Shown here: piece by piece, positions 1 through 9,838 of the stretch
Layout of the letters: the number at the start of each line of letters is the position of its first letter
Position numbering within the stretch: the first letter of the stretch is position 1
Assembly: GCF_000011805.1 (NCBI RefSeq)
Contig: NC_006841.2
DNA from: Aliivibrio fischeri ES114
Lineage (GTDB): Bacteria; Pseudomonadota; Gammaproteobacteria; Enterobacterales; Vibrionaceae
Direction: 5' to 3' (one strand)
DNA length: 32,000 nucleotides
Program-made: the position numbers and the translations under genes
Notes under the pieces: model-generated
What the model was told of the DNA's origin: nothing
Database searches by the model: none
The model's input: the letters and a program-made list of their open reading frames with translations, nothing else

Positions 1-431
1 TACCTTTACTTAGCTTGGCTATCTCTGTCTCTTTTGCTAGCTATATCGCCATAAAAAAATTGGTCACATTAAACACCTTTGGTGCCATTTTCTTTGAACA
101 TATTATTTTTGCTCCCCTAGCCCTATTGTATATAACAACCCATTCATCTGGATTATCTTCAACAGAATGGGGATTGTTAGTGGGGACGGCTCCACTGCAA
201 CTGCTGCCTATTTTGCTACTGACCATTTCATTACTCAAAACACCATTAAGTAAAATCAGTTTATTGCAATACATTGAGCCGACATTCCACTTGGCATTAG
301 CATTGTGGGTTTATCATGAGCCTATTTCTTTAGGTCAAAAATCAGCACTGATTATTGTGATTATCTCCATTATGATCGCCTCTCTAAAAACAAGAAAAAA
401 GATAAGCATTGAGAGCATTAATAAAAGCTAA
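1..431 (+). CDS. rarD: EamA/RarD-family permease, C-terminal part (5-prime end lies outside the window)
   Basis: The frame is open from the window edge. The product is hydrophobic and multi-helix, with LLQYIEPTFHLALALWVYHEP typical of the RarD/EamA C-terminal repeat. Confidence 0.7.
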   Translation, partial: PLLSLAISVSFASYIAIKKLVTLNTFGAIFFEHIIFAPLALLYITTHSSGLSSTEWGLLVGTAPLQLLPILLLTISLLKTPLSKISLLQYIEPTFHLALALWVYHEPISLGQKSALIIVIISIMIASLKTRKKISIESINKS

Positions 432-1287
432 TTGGTAAATAAAAATCTAACTCAAACTCTTCGTTTTCATTTAAAAAATGGTTTTTGTGGTAACGAACGT
501 AAGCCGGTGTTGATCTCAATTTAAATCCCGACGCCGGCAACCATCGCTCCAATACGTGACTAATCTGTGGAAGAAGTTGCCCATATACACCACTTAACTT
601 AAATACGCCGTGTAAACCACCAGGGATCACCATTTGATTCACGACACCACGATATTTAAGTGGTTTATCTATCGCTATACACGCGACATATCGGCATTTA
701 GCTAATTCAACCCATGCAGGGTTAGAATGATGCAAACCAAATTGAGTTGAAAAGTCACGCTCTTCTGAATTTGCCCACGCTTTTAATATTAACCATGCAT
801 TTCGAATAGAACGATTGTAACCCTCATGCCTCACATAAGCGGCAAGTCTATCTTCCACCTCAATAATCTTTGGCTGCGGCAACGGTTTATCTGCGACACT
901 GACATAACCTGCAGCAATTTCATCGTCTTTTAAATACGGTTTATCCGAAACTTGTAAATCGTGTTTTCTCCACTCCCCTGGTGCCATACCAAACGTAGAT
1001 TTAAACGCACGACTAAAAGAAGAAAGTGAACTAAATCCACACGTATTTGCAATATCTAGTACAGATGATTTTGTATCAAACATCAATTGGTTTGCGGCAT
1101 ACTCCATTCTTGTACGACGAATATATTGATGAATGGATTCCCCCACCACTTGTTTAAAGATTCGATGAAAATGTTGTTCAGAATAAGCAGCAACATCTGC
1201 TAGCTCTTTCACTGCAAGCTCTTTGCTAATGTCTTTGTGAATATAAAATAAGACATCATTAATTCTTGATAGATGTTGTCGGCTCAT
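418..1287 (-). CDS. AraC-family transcriptional regulator with a C-terminal GyrI-like effector-binding domain
   Basis: N-terminal AraC HTH (SSVLDIANTCGFSSLSSFSRAFKSTFGMAPGEWRK) followed by a GyrI-like region of about 150 aa. Start set at the ATG giving MSRQHLSRI (1287), because the longer ORF extension has no homology logic. Confidence 0.85.
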   Translation of the reverse strand: MSRQHLSRINDVLFYIHKDISKELAVKELADVAAYSEQHFHRIFKQVVGESIHQYIRRTRMEYAANQLMFDTKSSVLDIANTCGFSSLSSFSRAFKSTFGMAPGEWRKHDLQVSDKPYLKDDEIAAGYVSVADKPLPQPKIIEVEDRLAAYVRHEGYNRSIRNAWLILKAWANSEERDFSTQFGLHHSNPAWVELAKCRYVACIAIDKPLKYRGVVNQMVIPGGLHGVFKLSGVYGQLLPQISHVLERWLPASGFKLRSTPAYVRYHKNHFLNENEEFELDFYLPISFY

Positions 1288-1387
1288 GATTGAAAAATAG
1301 CATAAATGGACATATTTATAAGCATAAACGGACAAACAAAGTTATACAACGCCTTGTACTATCGGATCAGTTAAAAAATATTATTTT

Positions 1388-2554
1388 ATGGGAACATATA
1401 TGGAAATCGCTCATTCTCTGCAACAAATTAAATCCTCTTACATTAGAGAAATTCTGGCTGCGGCTTCAGACAAAAACGTCATTTCTCTTGCTGGTGGGTT
1501 ACCTGATGAAGAGACCTTTCCCATTGAAATAATGAAACCAATTCTTGAAAGCTTATCTGATATGCCAGATGTCTTTCAATATGGTGCAACAGCAGGTTAC
1601 GCCCCACTTTTAGAGTTTCTTACACAGAAATTTGAATTGCCTGAAAACCACTTACCAATGATATGTACTGGCTCTCAACAAGGACTAGACTTGATTGCTC
1701 GAGCTTACATTAACCCGGGCGATACTGTGGTAATGGAAGCACCTAGCTACCTTGGTGCAATGCAAGTCTTTGGGTTAGTTCAAGCAAGTATTTCCACCGT
1801 ATCTCAAACGGAGTTTGGACCTAATCTTGAAGAACTAGAGCAATGCTTTATTCAAGAGTCTCCGAAAATGTTTTACGCGGTTCCTGATTTCCACAATCCA
1901 ACAGGTGTATGTTGGTCATTAGAAACCCGTAAAAAAGTGGCTGAATTGTGTATTCAGTATAACGTCGCTTTTATTGAAGACGCTCCTTATCGCGAACTTC
2001 GTTTTACTGGCGAAGCGCTACCAATGGTATCCACTTTCTGTCCTCAAGATTCAATTGTATTACGCTCTTTCTCTAAAATAGCCTCTCCAGGTTTACGTAT
2101 TGGTGTTGTCACAGGTAAAAAGAGTTATATCGAACCATTAATTAAAGTAAAGCAAGGTGCAGATTTACACTCAAGCGTACCTATGCAAGCCCTGTTACTT
2201 GGCTTACTAAAACATGAGAAATTTGAACAGCATATGCAAACCATCCAAACGCTTTATAAACAGCGTTACGATGTTTTATACAATGAACTTAAAGTCCAGC
2301 TCCCGGCACAATGTGAAGTCAACTCCGTCGATGGTGGCATGTTTATTTGGGTATCATTACCAGATTGCGATACATTTGAACTTGCCAGCACATTGATCGC
2401 CAATGGGGTGGCTGTTGTTCCGAGCCCTGTGTTTTATCCAAAACCAGAAGGCAGCCCTGCAGCTTTGCGACTAAACTTTACTAATGCTAAACCAAATGAA
2501 TTAGTAGAAGCGGTAAATCGTTTAACAAACGTATTGAATAAGTCAGTCAATTAA
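1388..2554 (+). CDS. PLP-dependent aminotransferase (class I/II, 2-aminoadipate/aromatic aminotransferase-like)
   Basis: SSYIREIL near the N-terminus, and SFSKIASPGLRIG containing the PLP-lysine context. Length about 385 aa. The start could be 1388 or 1400. Confidence 0.85.
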   Translation: MGTYMEIAHSLQQIKSSYIREILAAASDKNVISLAGGLPDEETFPIEIMKPILESLSDMPDVFQYGATAGYAPLLEFLTQKFELPENHLPMICTGSQQGLDLIARAYINPGDTVVMEAPSYLGAMQVFGLVQASISTVSQTEFGPNLEELEQCFIQESPKMFYAVPDFHNPTGVCWSLETRKKVAELCIQYNVAFIEDAPYRELRFTGEALPMVSTFCPQDSIVLRSFSKIASPGLRIGVVTGKKSYIEPLIKVKQGADLHSSVPMQALLLGLLKHEKFEQHMQTIQTLYKQRYDVLYNELKVQLPAQCEVNSVDGGMFIWVSLPDCDTFELASTLIANGVAVVPSPVFYPKPEGSPAALRLNFTNAKPNELVEAVNRLTNVLNKSVN

Positions 2555-2590
2555 TCTTATTCAAATTCTTATCTAAAGAAGTGAAATAGT

Positions 2591-3715
2591 ATGAAAATAT
2601 TCAGCAATTTTGAAAGTGGCAATATTCATGTAGTAACGGCGGAATCGCCTAATGATATTCAATTGACTATTCCTGCCGATAATCAAACTGAGATCTCCCA
2701 ATGGTTTCATTTTCGCTTAGAGAGCCAGCCTCAGCAAGAACATAACTTCAACATATTGAATTTAGCAACATCAGCCTATCCAGAAGGTTGGCAAGATTAT
2801 GATGTTGTCGCGTCTTATGATCGTGAAGAATGGTTCCGTATTCCTACTGAGTTTGATGGTGACACGCTAAGCTTTAACGTAATTCCAGAATACCGTTCAA
2901 TGTATTTTGCTTACTTTGCTCCCTACTCATACGATCGCCATCAAGATCTATTACACGGTGCACAAACCCATCATAGCTGCCAATTAGAAACTCTTGGGGT
3001 CACATTAGATAATAATGACATCAGCATTTTAACCATTGGTGAGCCTGCAGAAGGTAAAAAGAACATCTGGATCACTGGTCGCCAGCACCCAGGGGAAACC
3101 ATGGCTGAATGGTTTATTGAAGGTTTACTGCTTCGCTTGTTAGATGAGACCGATACAGTAGGTCGCGCTCTGCTTGATAAAGTCGTGTTCCATATTGTTC
3201 CTAACATGAACCCTGATGGCAGTATTCGTGGTCACTTACGTACTAATGCCATTGGTGTGAACTTAAACCGTGAATGGCAGACACCATCAATGGAAAGATC
3301 ACCTGAAGTCTTTTTAGTACGTGAACGTATGTTGAAGACAGGAGTTGATATGTTCTTGGATATTCACGGTGATGAAGCGATTCCATATAACTTTGTGGCA
3401 GGTGGCGAAGGCATTCCATCATATGATGACCGCATTGAAGCTCTTGAGAACACATTTAAGCAAGCATTACTAACCATTACGCCTGAGTTCCAAGATGACA
3501 TTGGTTATGACAAAGATGAACCGGGAACCGCTAATTTAACGGTGGGTTCAAACTGGGTTGGAGAGCAATTTAAATGTCTCTCTTACACGGTTGAAATGCC
3601 ATTTAAAGATCATATTAGCCATGCTGATGAGCTATATGGTTGGTCCCCGGAAAGAAGCCTCGCCTTTGGCCAAGACGTTTTAAGTGCAATTTGGGCAACC
3701 ATTGGAAAACTGTAA
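2591..3715 (+). CDS. M14-family zinc carboxypeptidase (cytosolic-carboxypeptidase-like, with an N-terminal beta domain)
   Basis: GRQHPGETMAEW (HxxE zinc motif), NPDG, and the DIHGD second His ligand. Lies 36 nt downstream of the aminotransferase. Confidence 0.8.
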   Translation: MKIFSNFESGNIHVVTAESPNDIQLTIPADNQTEISQWFHFRLESQPQQEHNFNILNLATSAYPEGWQDYDVVASYDREEWFRIPTEFDGDTLSFNVIPEYRSMYFAYFAPYSYDRHQDLLHGAQTHHSCQLETLGVTLDNNDISILTIGEPAEGKKNIWITGRQHPGETMAEWFIEGLLLRLLDETDTVGRALLDKVVFHIVPNMNPDGSIRGHLRTNAIGVNLNREWQTPSMERSPEVFLVRERMLKTGVDMFLDIHGDEAIPYNFVAGGEGIPSYDDRIEALENTFKQALLTITPEFQDDIGYDKDEPGTANLTVGSNWVGEQFKCLSYTVEMPFKDHISHADELYGWSPERSLAFGQDVLSAIWATIGKL

Positions 3716-3720
3716 AAATA

Positions 3721-3750
3721 AAAAAGCCGATCTTAGTAGATCGGCTTTTT
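3721..3750 (+). terminator. Rho-independent terminator after the carboxypeptidase gene
   Basis: aaaagccgatc / ttagta / gatcggctttt: an 11-bp perfect stem ending in a T run, 6 nt after the stop codon. Confidence 0.85.
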
Positions 3751-3798
3751 GATAAAGTTCCATTTTATGTTCACACTTCATAAATTAAATAAATGCCT

Positions 3799-4062
3799 TT
3801 AATTAAAGTAATTTTCTAAAATTAGATTTTCATAATTTTCAATCCAATTCGAATCTATGACATTAAGGATATTAATATCAATTTTTGATACATGTTTCTT
3901 TTTGTGTGTTAACGAATATAAGGATACATAAAGATAACTAGAATCACGTAGAAAAAAACCAGACTCATATGATAGCGTAATTATGGTCCTCTCTGTTTTA
4001 TATTCAACAACTTGCATACGACTCCAAAAAATAAATGGTCGCGTATTGTTGCAGATGGGCAT
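3799..4062 (-). CDS. Hypothetical small protein (87 aa) in an AT-rich pocket
   Basis: ORF only. No recognisable motif and very AT-rich. It may not be expressed. Confidence 0.3.
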   Translation of the reverse strand: MPICNNTRPFIFWSRMQVVEYKTERTIITLSYESGFFLRDSSYLYVSLYSLTHKKKHVSKIDINILNVIDSNWIENYENLILENYFN

Positions 4063-4136
4063 AATTTATTAATAGCACCTCAAAAGAATAAACTTAATAA
4101 AATGCTATTATCATAATTAGTAATGTTTATAAGAAA

Positions 4137-4796
4137 CTACTCATTCACCTTAGACTGAATTTCATTTCCGGCTTCTTTTAATAAATTAAATGGTGACATG
4201 ATTACCCCTTTTACCGCACCTTGAGTCGCTTGTTGAGAAAGTTCTTCTGTTTTATCAATGATTTGATCTGCTTTTAGCATAATAGGAGGAACTTCTTTAC
4301 GCAGCTTTTCAGACTCTTTTAATACCGCAGGAATCGTTGTTATGCGGTAACCTTTACTTTCAACAAACGCTTTTGGGAATACCTGTTCACGATAATTTTT
4401 CAGTTCAATTAATGTATTTGGTACTGTCTCTTTATTTACTGCATTCATTACAGTAATAACTTCTGGTAATGATTCAGTTCTGATAGATTGCACTTCATTA
4501 AGAATCAATGGAATTTTGCTATCAACAGAAGCAACTGTTTGATTAACATCATTAATGGTATTTTTGACTTCATTGACTAACTCAAGAGCTTGAGGCGTTA
4601 ACTCTTCAAGATGCTGAGCCAAAAGTAACCATTGTTCTATCTCTAACTTATCAGCCGTTTTATTTACTTCTTTCATTAATTCTGGATATTGATCCACAAC
4701 CGTATTTATTGAGTGTGTAAAAGAGTAAATTGTATAACCTAAATAAAAAATAGAACTCGCTAATACAAGTTGTATCGCCATTCCCAATCGAGCCAT
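4137..4796 (-). CDS. Hypothetical N-terminally membrane-anchored, helix-rich protein (219 aa)
   Basis: Single N-terminal TM helix (MAIQLVLASSIFYLGYTIYSF) followed by long E/K/L/V/N-rich helical repeats. Normal codon composition. Confidence 0.65.
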   Translation of the reverse strand: MARLGMAIQLVLASSIFYLGYTIYSFTHSINTVVDQYPELMKEVNKTADKLEIEQWLLLAQHLEELTPQALELVNEVKNTINDVNQTVASVDSKIPLILNEVQSIRTESLPEVITVMNAVNKETVPNTLIELKNYREQVFPKAFVESKGYRITTIPAVLKESEKLRKEVPPIMLKADQIIDKTEELSQQATQGAVKGVIMSPFNLLKEAGNEIQSKVNE

Positions 4797-4867
4797 AACG
4801 TATTAATCCATAAATAAAAGATAGAACTACTTTACGTTATTAGTTACTAGAAATACATGAATAATCG

Positions 4868-5251
4868 TTAAGCTAACGCAAGTAGTATCCCACCAACTGT
4901 TAACGCTGCTGACACATATTGTCCTGCAGAATAAGAAGTATCACCTTCTTCCTCAATCGCATCCGGATGATTAATACCCAACGCTCCATGAGCAAACGAT
5001 TCAACTTGGTCGGAGACACCTTCAGTTTCTGATTGCTTCAGTTTACTGTCTTTTTCTATTTCTTGTAGTGCACGTAATAACGCTTTTCCTTCAACTGATA
5101 AAGAAACAGTATCATGCTGCACACTTAAAGCATTCATTGAAACAGCAGAAACAGGAACTGAATTTAACGGCATTCTAGGCTTAGGGTATGTTGTTAACCC
5201 CGCTCCTGTTTGAATTCCATTTATCATGATGTTGCCCCATAGATTAATCAC
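4868..5251 (-). CDS. Hypothetical protein with a C-terminal hydrophobic tail (about 119-127 aa)
   Basis: ORF with an acidic middle region and a C-terminal TM-like segment (YVSAALTVGGILLALA). The start could be 5251 or 5227. Confidence 0.5.
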   Translation of the reverse strand: MINLWGNIMINGIQTGAGLTTYPKPRMPLNSVPVSAVSMNALSVQHDTVSLSVEGKALLRALQEIEKDSKLKQSETEGVSDQVESFAHGALGINHPDAIEEEGDTSYSAGQYVSAALTVGGILLALA

Positions 5252-5432
5252 CTACTTCTTTATCGGTAGAACAACAAAAATCTGCTCTTTTTTTATCGAA
5301 AAGCACTTTGTTATTAGAGCTTTATCACGATTATTTTGTAAACATAATTGAGTTTCTTTTTATTTTGTCTTGATCTTCTTTAGCAGTACCTCTATAGTTA
5401 ATCGTAATTTCACGATTGATATACGAGTAAAC

Positions 5433-5774
5433 ATGACAGTTGAATGTAAAGCGACAAATAAAAGTTCTTTTTCAACATCAGAACAAGAACTACAGTTAGA
5501 AACACACTTTGCATCATTAGCAAAAGCACTCGCTCACCCTGCTCGAGTTCGGATTTTAAAAATTCTATCAAACTTAGAAAAAGCAGGAGGTTGTTTAAAT
5601 AGCGATCTGGTTTCTGAACTTGGGCTTGCTCAATCAACCGTATCTGAACACTTAAGAGTATTAAAACAGGCTGGATTCATCACAGCAGAATCCATCCCAC
5701 CTAAAATGTGTTATCGAATAAACCGCGAATGTATTTCATCATTTGATCAGTTAACTCGCTCTATCTTGATGTAA
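5433..5774 (+). CDS. arsR: ArsR/SmtB-family metalloregulatory repressor
   Basis: LAHPARVRILKIL and the HTH LGLAQSTVSEHLRVLKQAGF. Lies upstream of an ACR3 gene. Start set at ATG 5433 (MTVECK), because the TTG-initiated extension is AT-rich leader. Confidence 0.85.
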   Translation: MTVECKATNKSSFSTSEQELQLETHFASLAKALAHPARVRILKILSNLEKAGGCLNSDLVSELGLAQSTVSEHLRVLKQAGFITAESIPPKMCYRINRECISSFDQLTRSILM

Positions 5775-5864
5775 TACGAATAACGCCGTTTAGATAATGG
5801 CGTATTTTTTGACATTCTCAATCGCAATTCGACGATGTACGATTCAATAAAATAAGGAACCACC

Positions 5865-6917
5865 ATGCAACCTAAACTTAGCTTCTTAGATAGATATCTT
5901 ACACTCTGGATTTTCCTAGCCATGGCCATTGGTGTATTGCTTGGAGTTCAGTTTCCACAAATTGCTGAATGGAATGAATCCATGTCAGTTGGTAGTACCA
6001 ATATTCCTCTAGCTATTGGTTTAATACTTATGATGTATCCACCATTAGCTAAAGTAAATTACAACCTACTTGGTACCGTTGTAAAAGATAAACAAGCCGT
6101 TACTCTTTCTCTTATCATGAACTGGATTGTCGGTCCTATTCTAATGTTTGCTCTTGCCTTAATCTTTTTAGGCGATCATCCAGGTTATATGGTTGGGATC
6201 ATTCTGATTGGTTTGGCTCGTTGTATTGCAATGGTATTAGTTTGGAACGATATTGGTGGTGGTAATAAAGAGTATGGTGCAGCCTTAGTAGCTATTAACT
6301 CAGCATTCCAAATTGTAACTTATAGCTTTATGGCGTGGTTATTTATCAGTGTTTTACCTCCTGTATTCGGTTACGAAAGCATGGTTGTAGACATTTCTAT
6401 GATGGACATCGCCCACAGTGTTTTAATTTATTTAGGTATTCCATTTTTAGCTGGTTTTTTAAGTCGTAAAATCTTGGTTTCAGCAAAAGGGGAAGAATGG
6501 TACAACACTGTTTTCATCCCGAAAATTTCACCAATTACACTTATCGCATTACTTGGTACTATCGTTCTAATGTTTAGTTTAAAAGGTGAAATGATCCTTG
6601 AACTACCAATGGATGTAGTACGTATTGCGATTCCATTGACTATTTACTTTGTTTTAATGTTTTTCTCTAGCTTCTTTATTGGTAAAAAGATGGGGATCCC
6701 TTATGACAAGAATGCTTCAATTGCTTTTACTGCGACAGGTAATAACTTTGAATTAGCCATTGCCGTTTCAATCGCTGTATTTGGTTTAAACTCAGACCAA
6801 GCATTTGCTGGTGTTATTGGCCCTCTTATCGAAGTACCAGTGCTTATTGCATTAGTAAACGTTGCATTAAGAATGAAAGATAAGAAAACAGAAAAGCGGC
6901 TTAAATATATCCTTTAA
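5865..6917 (+). CDS. acr3: ACR3-family arsenite efflux permease
   Basis: N-terminus [23 protein letters not shown], then [12 protein letters not shown] and [13 protein letters not shown]. About 10 TM helices, 350 aa. Confidence 0.9.
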   Translation: MQPKLSFLDRYLTLWIFLAMAIGVLLGVQFPQIAEWNESMSVGSTNIPLAIGLILMMYPPLAKVNYNLLGTVVKDKQAVTLSLIMNWIVGPILMFALALIFLGDHPGYMVGIILIGLARCIAMVLVWNDIGGGNKEYGAALVAINSAFQIVTYSFMAWLFISVLPPVFGYESMVVDISMMDIAHSVLIYLGIPFLAGFLSRKILVSAKGEEWYNTVFIPKISPITLIALLGTIVLMFSLKGEMILELPMDVVRIAIPLTIYFVLMFFSSFFIGKKMGIPYDKNASIAFTATGNNFELAIAVSIAVFGLNSDQAFAGVIGPLIEVPVLIALVNVALRMKDKKTEKRLKYIL

Positions 6918-6923
6918 TCAAAA

Positions 6924-6957
6924 ATAGCCTTTAGCTTTCACTAAAGGCTATTTTTTT
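6924..6957. terminator. Bidirectional rho-independent terminator between acr3 (+) and the chemoreceptor gene (-)
   Basis: atagcctttag / ctttca / ctaaaggctat: an 11-bp perfect stem flanked by an A run upstream and a T7 run downstream. Confidence 0.85.
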
Positions 6958-6975
6958 ATCGTCTCATAAAGATAA

Positions 6976-8850
6976 TCAATTCATCTTAAAGAAATCGAGT
7001 TCGGTTTTTTGTGCTACCGCTAATTTCGATAACTCATCCGCAGCTTGCTGAGTCTGATTAATCGCTGATACATTTTGTGTTACCAAATCAAACGTTCTTG
7101 TTGTATTTTTAGCAATATCTTCCGTCACACTGAATTGCTCTTGTGAAGCTGTTGCGACTAACGTGTTGATATCAGAAATCGATTGAACTGAGCTGACGAT
7201 ATCATTAAATGATGTTTTCACACTTTCAATAAGATGCACCGATTCTTGAATAGATGTGACATTTTCCATCATATTTTTATTTGCATTTTCAGACTGAGCC
7301 TGTAGCTTGCTAATAATCTCCTGAATATTACTCGTAGATTCCTTTGTTTTAGCTGCTAGATTACGAACCTCATCAGCTACCACGGCAAAACCTCTTCCCG
7401 CTTCACCGGCACGTGCAGCCTCAATTGCTGCATTTAATGCGAGTAAGTTCGTTTGCTCTGAAATACTGCTGATAACGTCCGTCACTTCACCAATATTAAT
7501 TGCATCATCACGTAATACAGAGATCATTTCTGCGGTTTGTTGTACAGATTCATTAATATCAACAGTCAATGCGATCGAATTATCAAGTGTATTATGTCCA
7601 TTTGATACATTTGTTATTGCTTTTTGTGCTTCTTCTTCCGCCTGAGCGGCATTTGTTGTCACTTCTTTTGAAGTACTCGATAGCTCACTGATCGCAGTAG
7701 AAATTTCTTCAACTTGTGCCAATTCATGCTGTGAGTTCTTAGCAGTATCAGACATGACGACAGCCAGCTCTTCTGAAGCTGCTGATACACTATTTGAAAT
7801 TGAATGGCTTGATGTCACTATTTCTGACAACTTCGAGCTTAAGGTAACCACTGAACGGTATATACCTGTATCATTATCTGATGCCACTAATTGCTGAGAT
7901 AAATCACCTTCCGAAATATTAGATAGAATTTCAGAGATGTTCTCTGGTTCTCCGCCAATTGGTTTATAGATTAAATAGATAACACCATAATAAACAATCG
8001 CTAATGAGATAATAAGAAGTGAAAAGAAGATGATAATTGAATTCTTTAACATCACCATACTAGGAGCGTAAACGTCATCCTCGTATTCATACATGACAAC
8101 CGTCCAATCATAACGAGATAAATTATCAGCACTTGCCAGAACATAATCATCGTGGTCAATGTCATAAAAACGAGTATTGCCAGAATCAAAATCGACTAAT
8201 TCAGGTTCAACATTTTTTATGTTCTTACTAACGTCATCAGGATTTTTCGCAGCAATGATATAGCCTAAATTATTATAGGTAAATATCTGTCCTCGCTCTG
8301 TGAGCGTCCCAATAAACGCATTTAAAACATTCTGCTCAATCCCTATAGCCACAACAGCGACAACCTTACCATCACTTAAAATAGGTACTGCAAATGCAAA
8401 TACATTTACTCCATCCGTATTTTGATACACATCAGTGATGATCTCCTTTTCACCAGCAAAGCCACGTACAAACCATTCGCGTTTTACCTCCTTAGCATTA
8501 AAGTTAGGAATAAACTGGCCATTTTCAAAAGTAAGTCCTGACTCAAATGCGATAAAGGCACTATTGGTATCATTATTTTCTGCTAATTTTCTCAAATCCT
8601 TTGTTGTGGTGACTTCATCTAGTCTACCATCAGGGTGATAAGATATAGAAAATGTCCTCAATGATGAAAAGTAGCCATCAAGTTTTTCTCCTAACGATAC
8701 CGATATTAATTTAGATCGATCTTCCGTCGATTTAGTTATCAGATCTTTATTTATTTGACTGAATTCATTAAAACCATTCCAAGTTAAAGCACTCGCTATC
8801 GAAACCAATAACACGAATATAAATAATAATATTTTATTCTTTAACAACAT
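6976..8850 (-). CDS. Methyl-accepting chemotaxis protein with a periplasmic dCache-type sensor
   Basis: TM1, a periplasmic domain of about 260 aa, TM2, HAMP, and the highly conserved signalling hairpin [35 protein letters not shown]. Confidence 0.9.
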   Translation of the reverse strand: MLLKNKILLFIFVLLVSIASALTWNGFNEFSQINKDLITKSTEDRSKLISVSLGEKLDGYFSSLRTFSISYHPDGRLDEVTTTKDLRKLAENNDTNSAFIAFESGLTFENGQFIPNFNAKEVKREWFVRGFAGEKEIITDVYQNTDGVNVFAFAVPILSDGKVVAVVAIGIEQNVLNAFIGTLTERGQIFTYNNLGYIIAAKNPDDVSKNIKNVEPELVDFDSGNTRFYDIDHDDYVLASADNLSRYDWTVVMYEYEDDVYAPSMVMLKNSIIIFFSLLIISLAIVYYGVIYLIYKPIGGEPENISEILSNISEGDLSQQLVASDNDTGIYRSVVTLSSKLSEIVTSSHSISNSVSAASEELAVVMSDTAKNSQHELAQVEEISTAISELSSTSKEVTTNAAQAEEEAQKAITNVSNGHNTLDNSIALTVDINESVQQTAEMISVLRDDAINIGEVTDVISSISEQTNLLALNAAIEAARAGEAGRGFAVVADEVRNLAAKTKESTSNIQEIISKLQAQSENANKNMMENVTSIQESVHLIESVKTSFNDIVSSVQSISDINTLVATASQEQFSVTEDIAKNTTRTFDLVTQNVSAINQTQQAADELSKLAVAQKTELDFFKMN

Positions 8851-8926
8851 CCATTATCCCTTTTGTTCACTATTTTAATATAAAAACTCACCTTACATTA
8901 ATTAACTAATATCAATACAAAACCAG

Positions 8927-9127
8927 TTATTGATAGTTTATATCAATACCTCTCTCACAAAGTAGTTCATTATTAACATCTACAAAAAAATCAATACCAA
9001 AAATAGTGTTGATAAAATAAATTTCTTCCAATGTTAATTCATTTATCACGCTTATCATATGTATGCTTTCATTTGCATTATATATAATCATAGGCCTTAC
9101 TTTCTGTTTGTTATATTTATTAGTCAA
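8927..9127 (-). CDS. Hypothetical small ORF (66 aa)
   Basis: ORF only, in an extremely AT-rich intergenic region. Confidence 0.2.
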   Translation of the reverse strand: MTNKYNKQKVRPMIIYNANESIHMISVINELTLEEIYFINTIFGIDFFVDVNNELLCERGIDINYQ

Positions 9128-9353
9128 TTCATATTCTTTACACTTCGAATTATATAAAAATCAAGGAAAATAAACTAATAATGATGGATAATTTATATAT
9201 AAAACCTTTAAAAACAACATTATATAAAATATAATCATCATACATTCACAATATTAATTTATAATGACAATATTGTTAATTGTGATCAATGACTGATTTT
9301 TTATAAATTCTAAGTGTTATCTTTGCGATAAATCAAAAATAATTTGTAACGTT

Positions 9354-9836
9354 ATGAATTTAAAGTTTAAAAATTCCTTATTAATGCTAGAAGATAGGCC
9401 AAAAATTCTCATAAATAATAAAAGTTATGTGATAACCATTCCCGAAAGTAAGATTCTCAAATTACTTATCGAAAATAAAAATACATCAATAACTAAGACT
9501 GAACTCATTGTAACCGCATGGGGACACCCTGATTTTATAGGCCCTAACTCATTAGCTGTTGCTATATCTAACATCAGAAAAATAATTGAACATGATGGGT
9601 TAATATTAAAAAACATTCCTAAAGTTGGATATAAACTAATAATAGATGAACCACTAAAACATCAAAACAGAACAGTAAACATTAACAATAGAGAGCGAGC
9701 ACTTGATAATGTTACACTCGCTAAAAACAGTGCAATTATAACGAAATTAACATCGTCACCTATTCAAATACTTATATTCTCAACCTTGACTTACTTTGTC
9801 TTATATTTGATTCACTCATGGGTCCTAATTAATTAA
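9354..9836 (+). CDS. ToxR/TcpP/CadC-like membrane-tethered winged-helix transcriptional regulator (160 aa, C-terminal tail anchor)
   Basis: OmpR/PhoB-type DNA-binding domain (ESKILKLLIENKNTSITKTELIVTAWG...SLAVAISNIRKII...IPKVGYKLI). A single TM helix sits at the extreme C-terminus (ILIFSTLTYFVLYLIHSWVLIN) with essentially no periplasmic domain. Confidence 0.75.
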   Translation: MNLKFKNSLLMLEDRPKILINNKSYVITIPESKILKLLIENKNTSITKTELIVTAWGHPDFIGPNSLAVAISNIRKIIEHDGLILKNIPKVGYKLIIDEPLKHQNRTVNINNRERALDNVTLAKNSAIITKLTSSPIQILIFSTLTYFVLYLIHSWVLIN

Positions 9837-9838
9837 AA

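Noticed and set aside
1288-1335. 16-codon extension of the AraC/GyrI ORF; likewise the TTG-initiated extension of arsR at 5370-5432 and the GTG extension of the platform gene at 20585-20623
   Set aside because: The extensions are AT-rich and lack RBSs. They add residues not expected for the respective families.
9246-9286. Short palindromes (acaatattgt; tcacaatattaa / ttaattgtga) upstream of the ToxR-like gene as operators
   Set aside because: In DNA this AT-rich, 8-10 bp palindromes are expected by chance. No second copy or conserved partner site was seen.
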